NCBI GenBank assembly: GCA_016699615.1
Contig: CP064984.1
Coordinates: 2,383,855 to 2,447,854, forward strand
Length of the DNA stretch: 64,000 nucleotides
Direction of reading: 5' to 3'
Source: Sphingobacteriales bacterium
Lineage (GTDB): Bacteria > Bacteroidota > Bacteroidia > Chitinophagales > JADIYW01
The number at the start of each line of letters is the position of its first letter. Position 1 is the stretch's first letter. Made by a program: the position numbers and the translations under genes. Positions 1 through 11,924 of this stretch are shown piece after piece. Under the pieces are notes generated by a model. The model did not search any database. It worked only from the letters and a program-made list of their open reading frames with translations, and had not been told where the DNA came from.

Positions 1-3000
1 CAGTGGTAATGTATACACAGCATTAGCAGATGGTTGTATTGCGATTACAAGAAGTGGCGTAGTAGGTTACAACTTAGATACCTTATGTATAGTTAAGACA
101 GATACAGTAACAGGTATCAGTGATACAACAGTAGCAATTATCAGCAACTTACCGAAACGTGATACCATTAGAGATACAAATGTTATCATCACGACAGATA
201 CAGTATGTGTAGAAGTAGAGTTAGGCATGAATGCCGACAGTATCTACATCGTAGACTGTGCAGGTTCGATGAACAACAGTGGTAATGTATACACAGTAAT
301 ACCAGGCACAACATGTATCGTAGTAGATAGAAGCAATAAAGTAGGCTATAACTTAGATACATTATGTGTAGTAACAGTAGATACAACGACAGGTATTACA
401 GATACGACAGTAGTTATCATCAGTAATACACCGACAAGAGATACGATCAGAGATACGAATGTTATCTATACAACAGACACAATATGTGCTAGTATAGATA
501 ATGGTATGAGTAATATCAGAACAACGATAGTAGACTGTGCAGGAGCGATGAACAATAGTGGCAATGTATATACAGCGTTAACAGATGGTTGTATTGCGAT
601 TACAAGAAGTGGCGTAGTAGGTTACAACTTAGATACCTTATGTATCGTTAAGACAGATACTGTAACAGGCATCAGTGATACAACAGTAGCGATTATCAGT
701 AATCTACCTAAGCGCGATACGATTAGAGATACGAATGTTATCATCACGACAGACACAGTATGTGTAGATGTAGAGTTAGGCATGAATGCCGACAGTATCT
801 ACATAGTAGACTGTGCAGGCGCGATGAACAACAGTGGTAATGTATACACAGTTATCCCAGGTACGACATGTATCGTAGTAGATAGAAGCAATAAAGTAGG
901 CTATAACTTAGATACATTATGTGTAGTAACAGTAGATACAACGACAGGCATAACAGATACGACAGTAGTTATCATCAGTAATACACCGACACGTGATACG
1001 ATCAGAGATACGAATGTTATCTATACAACAGACACAATATGTGCTAGCATAGATAATGGTATGAGTAATATCGTAACGACGATAGTAGACTGTGCAGGCG
1101 CGATGAACAACAGTGGTAATGTATACACAGCGTTAGCAGATGGCTGTATTGCTATTACAAGAAGTGGCGTAGTAGGCTACAACTTAGATACCTTATGTAT
1201 CGTTAAGACAGATACTGTAACAGGCATCAGTGATACAACAGTAGCGATTATCAGTAATCTACCTAAGCGCGATACGATTAGAGATACGAATGTTATCATC
1301 ACGACAGACACAGTATGTGTAGATGTAGAGTTAGGCATGAATGCCGACAGTATCTACATCGTAGACTGTGCAGGCGCGATGAACAACAGTGGTAATGTAT
1401 ACACAGTTATCCCAGGTACGACATATATCGTAGTAGATAGAAGCAATAAAGTAGGCTATAACTTAGATACATTATGTGTAGTAACAGTAGATACAACGAC
1501 AGGCATAACAGATACGACAGTAGTTATCATCAGTAATACACCGACACGTGATACGATCAGAGATACGAATGTTATCTATACAACAGACACAATATGTGCT
1601 AGCATAGATAATGGTATGAGTAATATCGTAACGACGATAGTAGACTGTGCAGGCGCGATGAACAACAGTGGTAATGTATACACAGCGTTAGCAGATGGCT
1701 GTATTGCTATTACAAGAAGTGGCGTAGTAGGCTACAACTTAGATACCTTATGTATCGTTAAGACAGATACTGTAACAGGCATCAGTGATACAACAGTAGC
1801 GATTATCAGTAATCTACCTAAGCGCGATACGATTAGAGATACGAATGTTATCATCACGACAGACACAGTATGTGTAGATGTAGAGTTAGGCATGAATGCC
1901 GACAGTATCTACATAGTAGACTGTGCAGGTTCGATGAACAACAGTGGTAATGTATACACAGTTATCCCAGGTACGACATGTATCGTAGTAGATAGAAGCA
2001 ATAAAGTAGGCTATAACTTAGATACATTATGTGTAGTAACAGTAGATACAACGACAGGCATAACAGATACGACAGTAGTTATCATCAGTAATACACCGAC
2101 ACGTGATACGATCAGAGATACGAATGTTATCTATACAACAGACACAATATGTGCTAGCATAGATAATGGTATGAGTAATATCGTAACGACGATAGTAGAC
2201 TGTGCAGGCGCGATGAACAACAGTGGTAATGTATACACAGCGTTAGCAGATGGCTGTATTGCTATTACAAGAAGTGGCGTAGTAGGTTACAACTTAGATA
2301 CCTTATGTATAGTTAAGACAGATACAGTAACAGGCATCAGTGATACAACAGTAGCAATTATCAGTAATCTACCTAAGCGCGATACGATTAGAGATACGAA
2401 TGTTATCATCACGACAGATACAGTATGTGTAGATGTAGAGTTAGGCATGAATGCCGACAGTATCTACATCGTAGACTGTGCAGGAGCGATGAACAACAGT
2501 GGCAATGTATACACAGTTATCCCAGGTACGACATGTATCGTAGTAGATAGAAGCAATAAAGTAGGCTACAACTTAGATACTTTATGTGTAGTAACAGTAG
2601 ATACAACGACAGGCATTACAGATACGACAGTAGTAATTATTAGTAATACACCGACAAGAGATACGATCAGAGATACGAATGTTATCTATACGACAGACAC
2701 AATATGTGCGAGCATAGATAATGGTATGAGTAATATCGTAACGACGATAGTAGACTGTGCAGGTGCGATGAACAACAGTGGTAATGTATACACAGCATTA
2801 GCAGATGGTTGTATTGCGATTACAAGAAGTGGCGTAGTAGGTTACAACTTAGATACCTTATGTATCGTTAAGACAGATACCGTAACAGGCATCAGTGATA
2901 CAACAGTAGCAATTATCAGTAACTTACCGAAACGTGATACTATTAGAGATACAAATGTTATCATTACGACAGATACAGTATGTGTAGATGTAGAGTTAGG

Positions 3001-6000
3001 CATGAATGCAGACAGTATCTACATAGTAGACTGTGCAGGTTCGATGAACAACAGTGGTAATGTATACACAGTTATCCCAGGTACGACATGTATCGTAGTA
3101 GATAGAAGCGATAAAGTAGGTTACAACTTAGATACATTATGTGTAGTAACAGTAGATACAACGACAGGTATTACAGATACGACAGTAGTAATTATTAGTA
3201 ATACACCGACAAGAGATACTATCAGAGATACGAATGTTATCTATACGACAGACACAATATGTGCGAGCATAGATAATGGTATGAGTAATATCGTAACGAC
3301 GATAGTAGACTGTGCAGGTGCGATGAACAACAGTGGTAATGTATACACAGCATTAGCAGATGGTTGTATTGCGATTACAAGAAGTGGCGTAGTAGGTTAC
3401 AACTTAGATACCTTATGTATAGTTAAGACAGATACAGTAACAGGTATCAGTGATACAACAGTAGCAATTATCAGCAACTTACCGAAACGTGATACCATTA
3501 GAGATACAAATGTTATCATCACGACAGATACAGTATGTGTAGAAGTAGAGTTAGGCATGAATGCCGACAGTATCTACATCGTAGACTGTGCAGGTTCGAT
3601 GAACAACAGTGGTAATGTATACACAGTAATACCAGGCACAACATGTATCGTAGTAGATAGAAGCAATAAAGTAGGCTATAACTTAGATACATTATGTGTA
3701 GTAACAGTAGATACAACGACAGGTATTACAGATACGACAGTAGTAATTATTAGTAATACACCGACAAGAGATACGATCAGAGATACGAATGTTATCTATA
3801 CAACAGACACAATATGTGCTAGTATAGATAATGGTATGAGTAATATCAGAACAACGATAGTAGACTGTGCAGGAGCGATGAACAATAGTGGCAATGTATA
3901 TACAGCGTTAACAGATGGTTGTATTGCGATTACAAGAAGTGGCGTAGTAGGTTACAACTTAGATACCTTATGTATCGTTAAGACAGATACTGTAACAGGC
4001 ATCAGTGATACAACAGTAGCGATTATCAGTAATCTACCTAAGCGCGATACGATTAGAGATACGAATGTTATCATCACGACAGATACAGTATGTGTAGAAG
4101 TAGAGTTAGGCATGAATGCCGACAGTATCTACATCGTAGACTGTGCAGGTTCGATGAACAACAGTGGCAATGTATACACAGTAATACCAGGCACAACACT
4201 ATCGTAGTAGATAGAAGCAATAAAGTAGGCTATAACTTAGATACATTATGTGTAGTAACAGTAGATACAACGACAGGTATTACAGATACGACAGTAGTAA
4301 TTATTAGTAATACACCGACAAGAGATACGATCAGAGATACGAATGTTATCTATACAACAGACACAATATGTGCTAGCATAGATAATGGTATGAGTAATAT
4401 CGTAACGACGATAGTAGACTGTGCAGGCGCAATGAACAACAGTGGCAATGTATACACAGCATTAGCAGATGGTTGTATTGCTATTACAAGAAGTGGCGTA
4501 GTAGGTTACAACTTAGATACCTTATGTATCGTTAAGACAGATACTGTAACAGGCATCAGTGATACAACAGTAGCGATTATCAGTAATCTACCTAAGCGCG
4601 ATACGATTAGAGATACGAATGTTATCATCACGACAGATACAGTATGTGTAGATGTAGAGTTAGGCATGAATGCCGACAGTATCTACATCGTAGACTGTGC
4701 AGGTTCGATGAACAACAGTGGTAATGTATACACAGTAATACCAGGCACAACATGTATCGTAGTAGATAGAAGCAATAAAGTAGGCTATAACTTAGATACA
4801 TTATGTGTAGTAACAGTAGATACAACGACAGGTATTACAGATACGACAGTAGTTATCATCAGTAATACACCGACAAGAGATACGATCAGAGATACGAATG
4901 TTATCTATACAACAGACACAATATGTGCTAGTATAGATAATGGTATGAGTAATATCAGAACAACGATAGTAGACTGTGCAGGAGCGATGAACAATAGTGG
5001 CAATGTATATACAGCGTTAACAGATGGTTGTATTGCGATTACAAGAAGTGGCGTAGTAGGTTACAACTTAGATACCTTATGTATCGTTAAGACAGATACT
5101 GTAACAGGCATCAGTGATACAACAGTAGCGATTATCAGTAATCTACCTAAGCGCGATACGATTAGAGATACGAATGTTATCATCACGACAGATACAGTAT
5201 GTGTAGAAGTAGAGTTAGGCATGGATGCTGACAGTATCTACATCGTAGACTGTGCAGGCGCGATGAACAACAGTGGCAATGTATACACAGTTATCCCAGG
5301 CACGACATGTATCGTAGTAGATAGAAGCGATAAAGTAGGCTATAACTTAGATACATTATGTGTAGTAACAGTAGATACAACTACAGGTATTACAGATACA
5401 ACAGTAGTAATCATTAGTAATACACCGACACGTGATACGATCAGAGATACGAATATTATCTATACGACAGACACAATATGTGCTAGCATAGATAATGGTA
5501 TGAGTAATATCGTAACGACGATAGTAGACTGTGCAGGCGCGATGAACAACAGTGGTAATGTATACACAGCGTTAGCAGATGGCTGTATTGCTATTACAAG
5601 AAGTGGCGTAGTAGGCTACAACTTAGATACCTTATGTATCGTTAAGACAGATACTGTAACAGGCATCAGTGATACAACAGTAGCGATTATCAGTAATCTA
5701 CCTAAGCGCGATACGATTAGAGATACGAATGTTATCATCACGACAGACACAGTATGTGTAGATGTAGAGTTAGGCATGAATGCCGACAGTATCTACATCG
5801 TAGACTGTGCAGGCGCGATGAACAACAGTGGTAATGTATACACAGTTATCCCAGGTACGACATGTATCGTAGTAGATAGAAGCAATAAAGTAGGCTATAA
5901 CTTAGATACATTATGTGTAGTAACAGTAGATACAACGACAGGCATAACAGATACGACAGTAGTAATTATTAGTAATACACCGACACGTGATACGATCAGA

Positions 6001-9000
6001 GATACGAATGTTATCTATACAACAGACACAATATGTGCTAGCATAGATAATGGTATGAGTAATATCGTAACGACGATAGTAGACTGTGCAGGCGCGATGA
6101 ACAACAGTGGTAATGTATACACAGCGTTAGCAGATGGCTGTATTGCTATTACAAGAAGTGGCGTAGTAGGCTACAACTTAGATACCTTATGTATCGTTAA
6201 GACAGATACTGTAACAGGCATCAGTGATACAACAGTAGCGATTATCAGTAATCTACCTAAGCGCGATACGATTAGAGATACGAATGTTATCATCACGACA
6301 GACACAGTATGTGTAGATGTAGAGTTAGGCATGAATGCCGACAGTATCTACATAGTAGACTGTGCAGGTTCGATGAACAACAGTGGTAATGTATACACAG
6401 TTATCCCAGGTACGGCATGTATCGTAGTAGATAGAAGCAATAAAGTAGGCTATAACTTAGATACATTATGTGTAGTAACAGTAGATACAACGACAGGCAT
6501 AACAGATACGACAGTAGTTATCATTAGTAATACACCGACACGTGATACGATCAGAGATACGAATGTTATCTATACAACAGACACAATATGTGCTAGCATA
6601 GATAATGGTATGAGTAATATCGTAACGACGATAGTAGACTGTGCAGGCGCGATGAACAACAGTGGTAATGTATACACAGCGTTAGCAGATGGCTGTATTG
6701 CTATTACAAGAAGTGGCGTAGTAGGCTACAACTTAGATACCTTATGTATCGTTAAGACAGATACTGTAACAGGCATCAGTGATACAACAGTAGCGATTAT
6801 CAGTAATCTACCTAAGCGCGATACGATTAGAGATACGAATGTTATCATCACGACAGATACAGTATGTGTAGATGTAGAGTTAGGCATGAATGCCGACAGT
6901 ATCTACATCGTAGACTGTGCAGGCGCGATGAACAACAGTGGTAATGTATACACAGTTATCCCAGGTACGACATGTATCGTAGTAGATAGAAGCAATAAAG
7001 TAGGCTATAACTTAGATACATTATGTGTAGTAACAGTAGATACAACGACAGGTATTACAGATACGACAGTAGTAATTATTAGTAATACACCGACAAGAGA
7101 TACGATCAGAGATACGAATGTTATCTATACAACAGACACAATATGTGCTAGCATAGATAATGGTATGAGTAATATCGTAACGACGATAGTAGACTGTGCA
7201 GGAGCAATGAACAACAGTGGCAATGTATACACAGCATTAGCAGATGGTTGTATTGCTATTACAAGAAGTGGCGTAGTAGGTTACAACTTAGATACCTTAT
7301 GTATCGTTAAGACAGATACTGTAACAGGCATCAGTGATACAACAGTAGCGATTATCAGTAATCTACCTAAGCGCGATACGATTAGAGATACGAATGTTAT
7401 CATCACGACAGATACAGTATGTGTAGATGTAGAGTTAGGCATGAATGCAGACAGTATCTACATAGTAGACTGTGCAGGTTCGATGAACAACAGTGGTAAT
7501 GTATACACAGTTATCCCAGGTACGACATGTATCGTAGTAGATAGAAGCGATAAAGTAGGTTACAACTTAGATACATTATGTGTAGTAACAGTAGATACAA
7601 CGACAGGTATTACAGATACGACAGTAGTAATTATTAGTAATACACCGACAAGAGATACTATCAGAGATACGAATGTTATCTATACGACAGACACAATATG
7701 TGCGAGCATAGATAATGGTATGAGTAATATCGTAACGACGATAGTAGACTGTGCAGGTGCGATGAACAACAGTGGTAATGTATACACAGCGTTAGCAGAT
7801 GGTTGTATTGCGATTACAAGAAGTGGCGTAGTAGGTTACAACTTAGATACCTTATGTATAGTTAAGACAGATACAGTAACAGGTATCAGTGATACAACAG
7901 TAGCAATTATCAGCAACTTACCGAAACGTGATACCATTAGAGATACAAATGTTATCATCACGACAGATACAGTATGTGTAGAAGTAGAGTTAGGCATGAA
8001 TGCCGACAGTATCTACATCGTAGACTGTGCAGGTTCGATGAACAACAGTGGTAATGTATACACAGTAATACCAGGCACAAACATGTATCGTAGTAGATAG
8101 AAGCAATAAAGTAGGCTATAACTTAGATACATTATGTGTAGTAACAGTAGATACAACGACAGGTATTACAGATACGACAGTAGTAATTATTAGTAATACA
8201 CCGACAAGAGATACGATCAGAGATACGAATGTTATCTATACAACAGACACAATATGTGCTAGTATAGATAATGGTATGAGTAATATCAGAACAACGATAG
8301 TAGACTGTGCAGGAGCGATGAACAATAGTGGCAATGTATATACAGCGTTAACAGATGGTTGTATTGCGATTACAAGAAGTGGCGTAGTAGGTTACAACTT
8401 AGATACCTTATGTATCGTTAAGACAGATACTGTAACAGGCATCAGTGATACAACAGTAGCGATTATCAGTAATCTACCTAAGCGCGATACGATTAGAGAT
8501 ACGAATGTTATCATCACGACAGATACAGTATGTGTAGAAGTAGAGTTAGGCATGAATGCCGACAGTATCTACATCGTAGACTGTGCAGGTTCGATGAACA
8601 ACAGTGGCAATGTATACACAGTAATACCAGGCACAACATGTATCGTAGTAGATAGAAGCAATAAAGTAGGCTATAACTTAGATACATTATGTGTAGTAAC
8701 AGTAGATACAACGACAGGTATTACAGATACGACAGTAGTAATTATTAGTAATACACCGACAAGAGATACGATCAGAGATACGAATGTTATCTATACAACA
8801 GACACAATATGTGCTAGCATAGATAATGGTATGAGTAATATCGTAACGACGATAGTAGACTGTGCAGGCGCAATGAACAACAGTGGCAATGTATACACAG
8901 CATTAGCAGATGGTTGTATTGCTATTACAAGAAGTGGCGTAGTAGGTTACAACTTAGATACCTTATGTATCGTTAAGACAGATACTGTAACAGGCATCAG

Positions 9001-9615
9001 TGATACAACAGTAGCGATTATCAGTAATCTACCTAAGCGCGATACGATTAGAGATACGAATGTTATCATCACGACAGATACAGTATGTGTAGATGTAGAG
9101 TTAGGCATGAATGCCGACAGTATCTACATCGTAGAGGGTGCAGGTTCGATGGACAACAGTGGTAATGTAGACACAGTAGGACCAGGCACAACGTGTATGG
9201 TAGTAGAGAGAAGCAGGAAAGTAGGCTAGAACTGAGATACATTATGTGTAGTAACAGTAGATGCAACGACAGGTATTACAGATACAACAGTAGTAATCAT
9301 TAGTAATACACCAAGCAGAGATACGATCAGAGATACGAATGTTATCTATACAACAGACACAATATGTGCGAGCATAGATAATGGTATGAGTAATATAGTA
9401 ACGACGATAGTAGACTGTGCAGGTTCGATGAACAACAGTGGCAATGTATACACAGCATTAGAAGATGGCTGTATTGCGATTACAAGAAGTGGCGTAGTAG
9501 GCTACAACTTAGATACCTTATGTATCGTTAAGACAGATACAACGACAGGCATCAGTGATACAACAGTAGCGATTATCTCTAACTTACCAAACTGTAAAGA
9601 TATCATTAGAGATAC
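1..9615 (+). repeat. Coding tandem array, at least 17 units of 555 bp (279-bp A subrepeat + 276-bp B subrepeat), continuing past the left edge
   Basis: ATGAATGCCGACAGT recurs at 227, 782, 1337, 1892, 2447, 3002, 3557, 4112, 4666, 5221, 5776, 6331, 6886, 7441, 7996, 8552 and 9107. The B subrepeat (ATGAGTAATATC) lies 279 nt after each. Units are near-identical and the last one degenerates at ~9600. Confidence 0.95.
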
Positions 9616-11806
9616 AGTATTACCATGTAGAGGAGAAGAGGAAGTAGCTTATTGTTTACCATTAGATATGAAAACATTACAACAATACCATATTTACATA
9701 GATGGTACAAAACAAGCAATGGCATTTAGTTCATTAAGTGGTTGTGGTGAAGAGGAAGTAGCTGGTGGTTATAGCTTTAATGCTAATCAATACCTAGATG
9801 GTGTAGGGCATATATTAGAGCGTTGGGGTATAGATAGTAATAGAACTTTATCACCAAATATCAGCTTTACAACATTAGAAGAGTTAGTAGTGTATATGAA
9901 TAGTGTAGATGCTCAAGGCATGTGGTATGCAGAAGATATGATAATCAAAGCAGGTAATCCAAGCAGATTGTATAATACAGGAATAGGACTACAAATCTTT
10001 GCATTAGATCCAAGAGTTGGAACATTCATAAATGAATACAATAGCTATGTTACCTATACAGGAAGTAAATTAATGCTTGATAGAGGTTGTCATATGGTTG
10101 TGTTAGAAGATACAATAACAGGCTGTGTAGACAGTGCTCTAATTTGTGTAGAATGTGTAGAATGTGATAGCATAATAGAAGAGACTTATGTTGAAGTGCC
10201 TTGTGTAAATGGAGAAGGTCAATACTGTTTACCAATTGCATTTGTAGATTTAACAAACTACAATGTTTATATTGATGAGACAAGATTGAATACATTTGAT
10301 ATGAGTGGCTGTGATTATGATACAACAGCAGGGTATGACTTCAGTACACATATCTTATCAGGAGGTTATAACAATGGTGTATTACACAGATTAGATAGTG
10401 TTAGAATAAATGGAGTAAAATATGGTGCATTTAGCTATACATCTTACACTGAGTTAGTAGCTTACTTAAATAGCATAGATCCATTAGGAGCATGGGTAGT
10501 AGATGGAGATAGAGTAGCAGGTGGTCGCCGAGGAGGCATATATGGCGATATGCGTATCTTAAGTACAAATACAGGTGTAAGACATACGGTAGGATACAAT
10601 ATCAATGAATTACCTAAAGGTAGTGAGGTTATCATTCCATCAGGCTGTCATTGGGTAGTAGTAGAGGGCAAGGAGAGTGGCTGTAGAGATAGTGTTCGAG
10701 TATGTGTAGTAGGCTGTACAGTTAAAGATACGATCAGAGACACGACATGTTATAACTGTCCAGTACCAGTATGTGTAGACACAACAGAGTTACCAGGTAC
10801 AGTAATTAGTATTACAACATGTGATACGGATAACAAAGTAACGATAGATGGCTTGAATCCATGTATAACATACACACCATCAAAAGGACAAACAGGTAAT
10901 GATACGACATGTATAGTAGTATGTGATGACAAAGGCTACTGCGATACAACGATTATCATCATTACTGTAGAGACACCAAGAGACACGATAAGAGATAGCT
11001 TACCAGTGAATAGCGTAGATAGTATTTGTGATTTCTTACAACCACGAGGAACAGACATCACAGTAACGAGCTGTGCAGGTCAGACCTCAGGAACAGGAAA
11101 TTACATCACATGGACTATCAACGAGCAAGGTTGCTTAGTATACACAGCAGGTAAAGTAAAAGGTACAGATACCTTATGTATTATGAGCTGCATTACAGGC
11201 ACAGATACATGTATAGAGACTACAGTTTATGTAACCGTAACAGGTATACCACCGATAGCAATTAATAATGACACAACAACGAAAGTTAATGTACCAGTAG
11301 TTATAAATGTTATAGGCAATGATATCCAGACAGACAGTGATCCATTACAATTATGTGATGATGCTATAGTTACATACCCAGTAAATGGAACATTAAGTAA
11401 TATCAATACACCATCAGGAAATGTGACTTATACACCAAATACAGACTTTACAGGAGTAGACAGCTTCCAATATGTGATATGTGATCCAGATGGTAATGAT
11501 ACAGCATGGGCATATGTAAGAATAGTAAGAGAAAATGAGTGTGAGTTGTATGATGCTTTCTCACCGAATGGCGATGGAGTAAATGATTACTATACGATAC
11601 CATGTCCAAGTTCAAGTGCGATAGTATTCTGTGTGTACAACAGATGGGGCATAGAGGTTTACAGAAATGAGGATTACCGAGGCGAGTGGGATGGTAGATA
11701 CAAAGGTGCACCACTTCCAGATGGTACATACTACTATGTTATCAAGTATATAAACAGTGCAGGAGATGATATTAATAAAGCAGGGTTTATCGTTATACAT
11801 AGATAA
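2..11806 (+). pseudogene. Giant T9SS-dependent (type-B CTD) repeat surface protein / adhesin-like, 5' end outside window; ORF broken by 1-nt indels near 4199 and 8080 and by TAG/TGA stops at 9227-9235
   Basis: Frame 2 is open from nt 2. The four ORF-track pieces (227-4207, 4090-8100, 8276-9229, 9386-11806) encode the same 93+92-aa repeat and join seamlessly if the lesions are repaired. The unique C-terminal region has Cys-rich Ig/cadherin-like modules (an ..INNDTTTKVNVPVVINVIGND..DSFQYVICD.. tandem-95-like module) and ends in a CHU_C/T9SS type-B sorting domain. Confidence 0.85.
11531..11803 (+). other. T9SS type-B C-terminal sorting domain (gliding-motility-associated CTD / CHU_C) of the giant protein
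   Basis: The terminal 91 aa are ENECELYDAFSPNGDGVNDYY...YNRWGIEVY...WDGRYKGAPLPDGTYYYVIKY...GFIVIHR. This matches the FSPNGDGxND / NRWG / WDG / G.Y.Y signature of type-B CTDs. Confidence 0.85.
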
Positions 11807-11822
11807 GATGATATAAAGAGAT

Positions 11823-11848
11823 GGTGGTAGTCAAACATTGCTACCACC
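11823..11848 (+). terminator. Weak hairpin after the giant gene (GGTGGTAG-loop-CTACCACC), poor T tract
   Basis: An 8-bp perfect stem lies 17 nt after the stop codon. Downstream is TTATCTCC, not a clear U tract. Confidence 0.3.
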
Positions 11849-11924
11849 TTATCTCCGAAAAGGAATAAAAAGGTAAACACAGATTCAGCTCAAAAAAGAT
11901 AAATAAAAAGCAAAAGTAAAAATC

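Noticed and set aside
189-386. Recurring 65-aa antisense ORFs (189-386, 3519-3716, 4628-4825, 8514-8711, 9069-9266), all starting MYLLLLHIMYL..
   Set aside because: They are the reverse complement of one variant of the A subrepeat that happens to lack stops. They have low-complexity Leu/Cys/Tyr composition and lie entirely inside the sense repeat gene, so they are shadow ORFs.
4090-4207. ORF 4090-8100 starting with MCRSRVRHECRQYLH.. as an independent gene start, or programmed frameshifting joining it to 227-4207
   Set aside because: The first ~37 codons are just an out-of-frame reading of the repeat before the indel at ~4199. I saw no slippery heptamer or downstream structure. The paralogous site at 8639 is intact.
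9136-9263. Diversity-generating retroelement (DGR) mutagenesis as the cause of the substitution cluster; a four-helix-bundle Avd-family gene exists at 42139-42498
   Set aside because: DGRs change template adenines to any base. Here A, T and C all change, and only to G. The changes introduce stop codons. There is no reverse transcriptase and no template repeat with the appropriate pattern in the window, and the Avd-like gene is 33 kb away inside the suf operon.
1-9615. Could the regular repeats be a CRISPR array?
   Set aside because: The units are 555 bp, contiguous with no unique spacers, and form one long protein-coding frame. No cas genes are present in the window.
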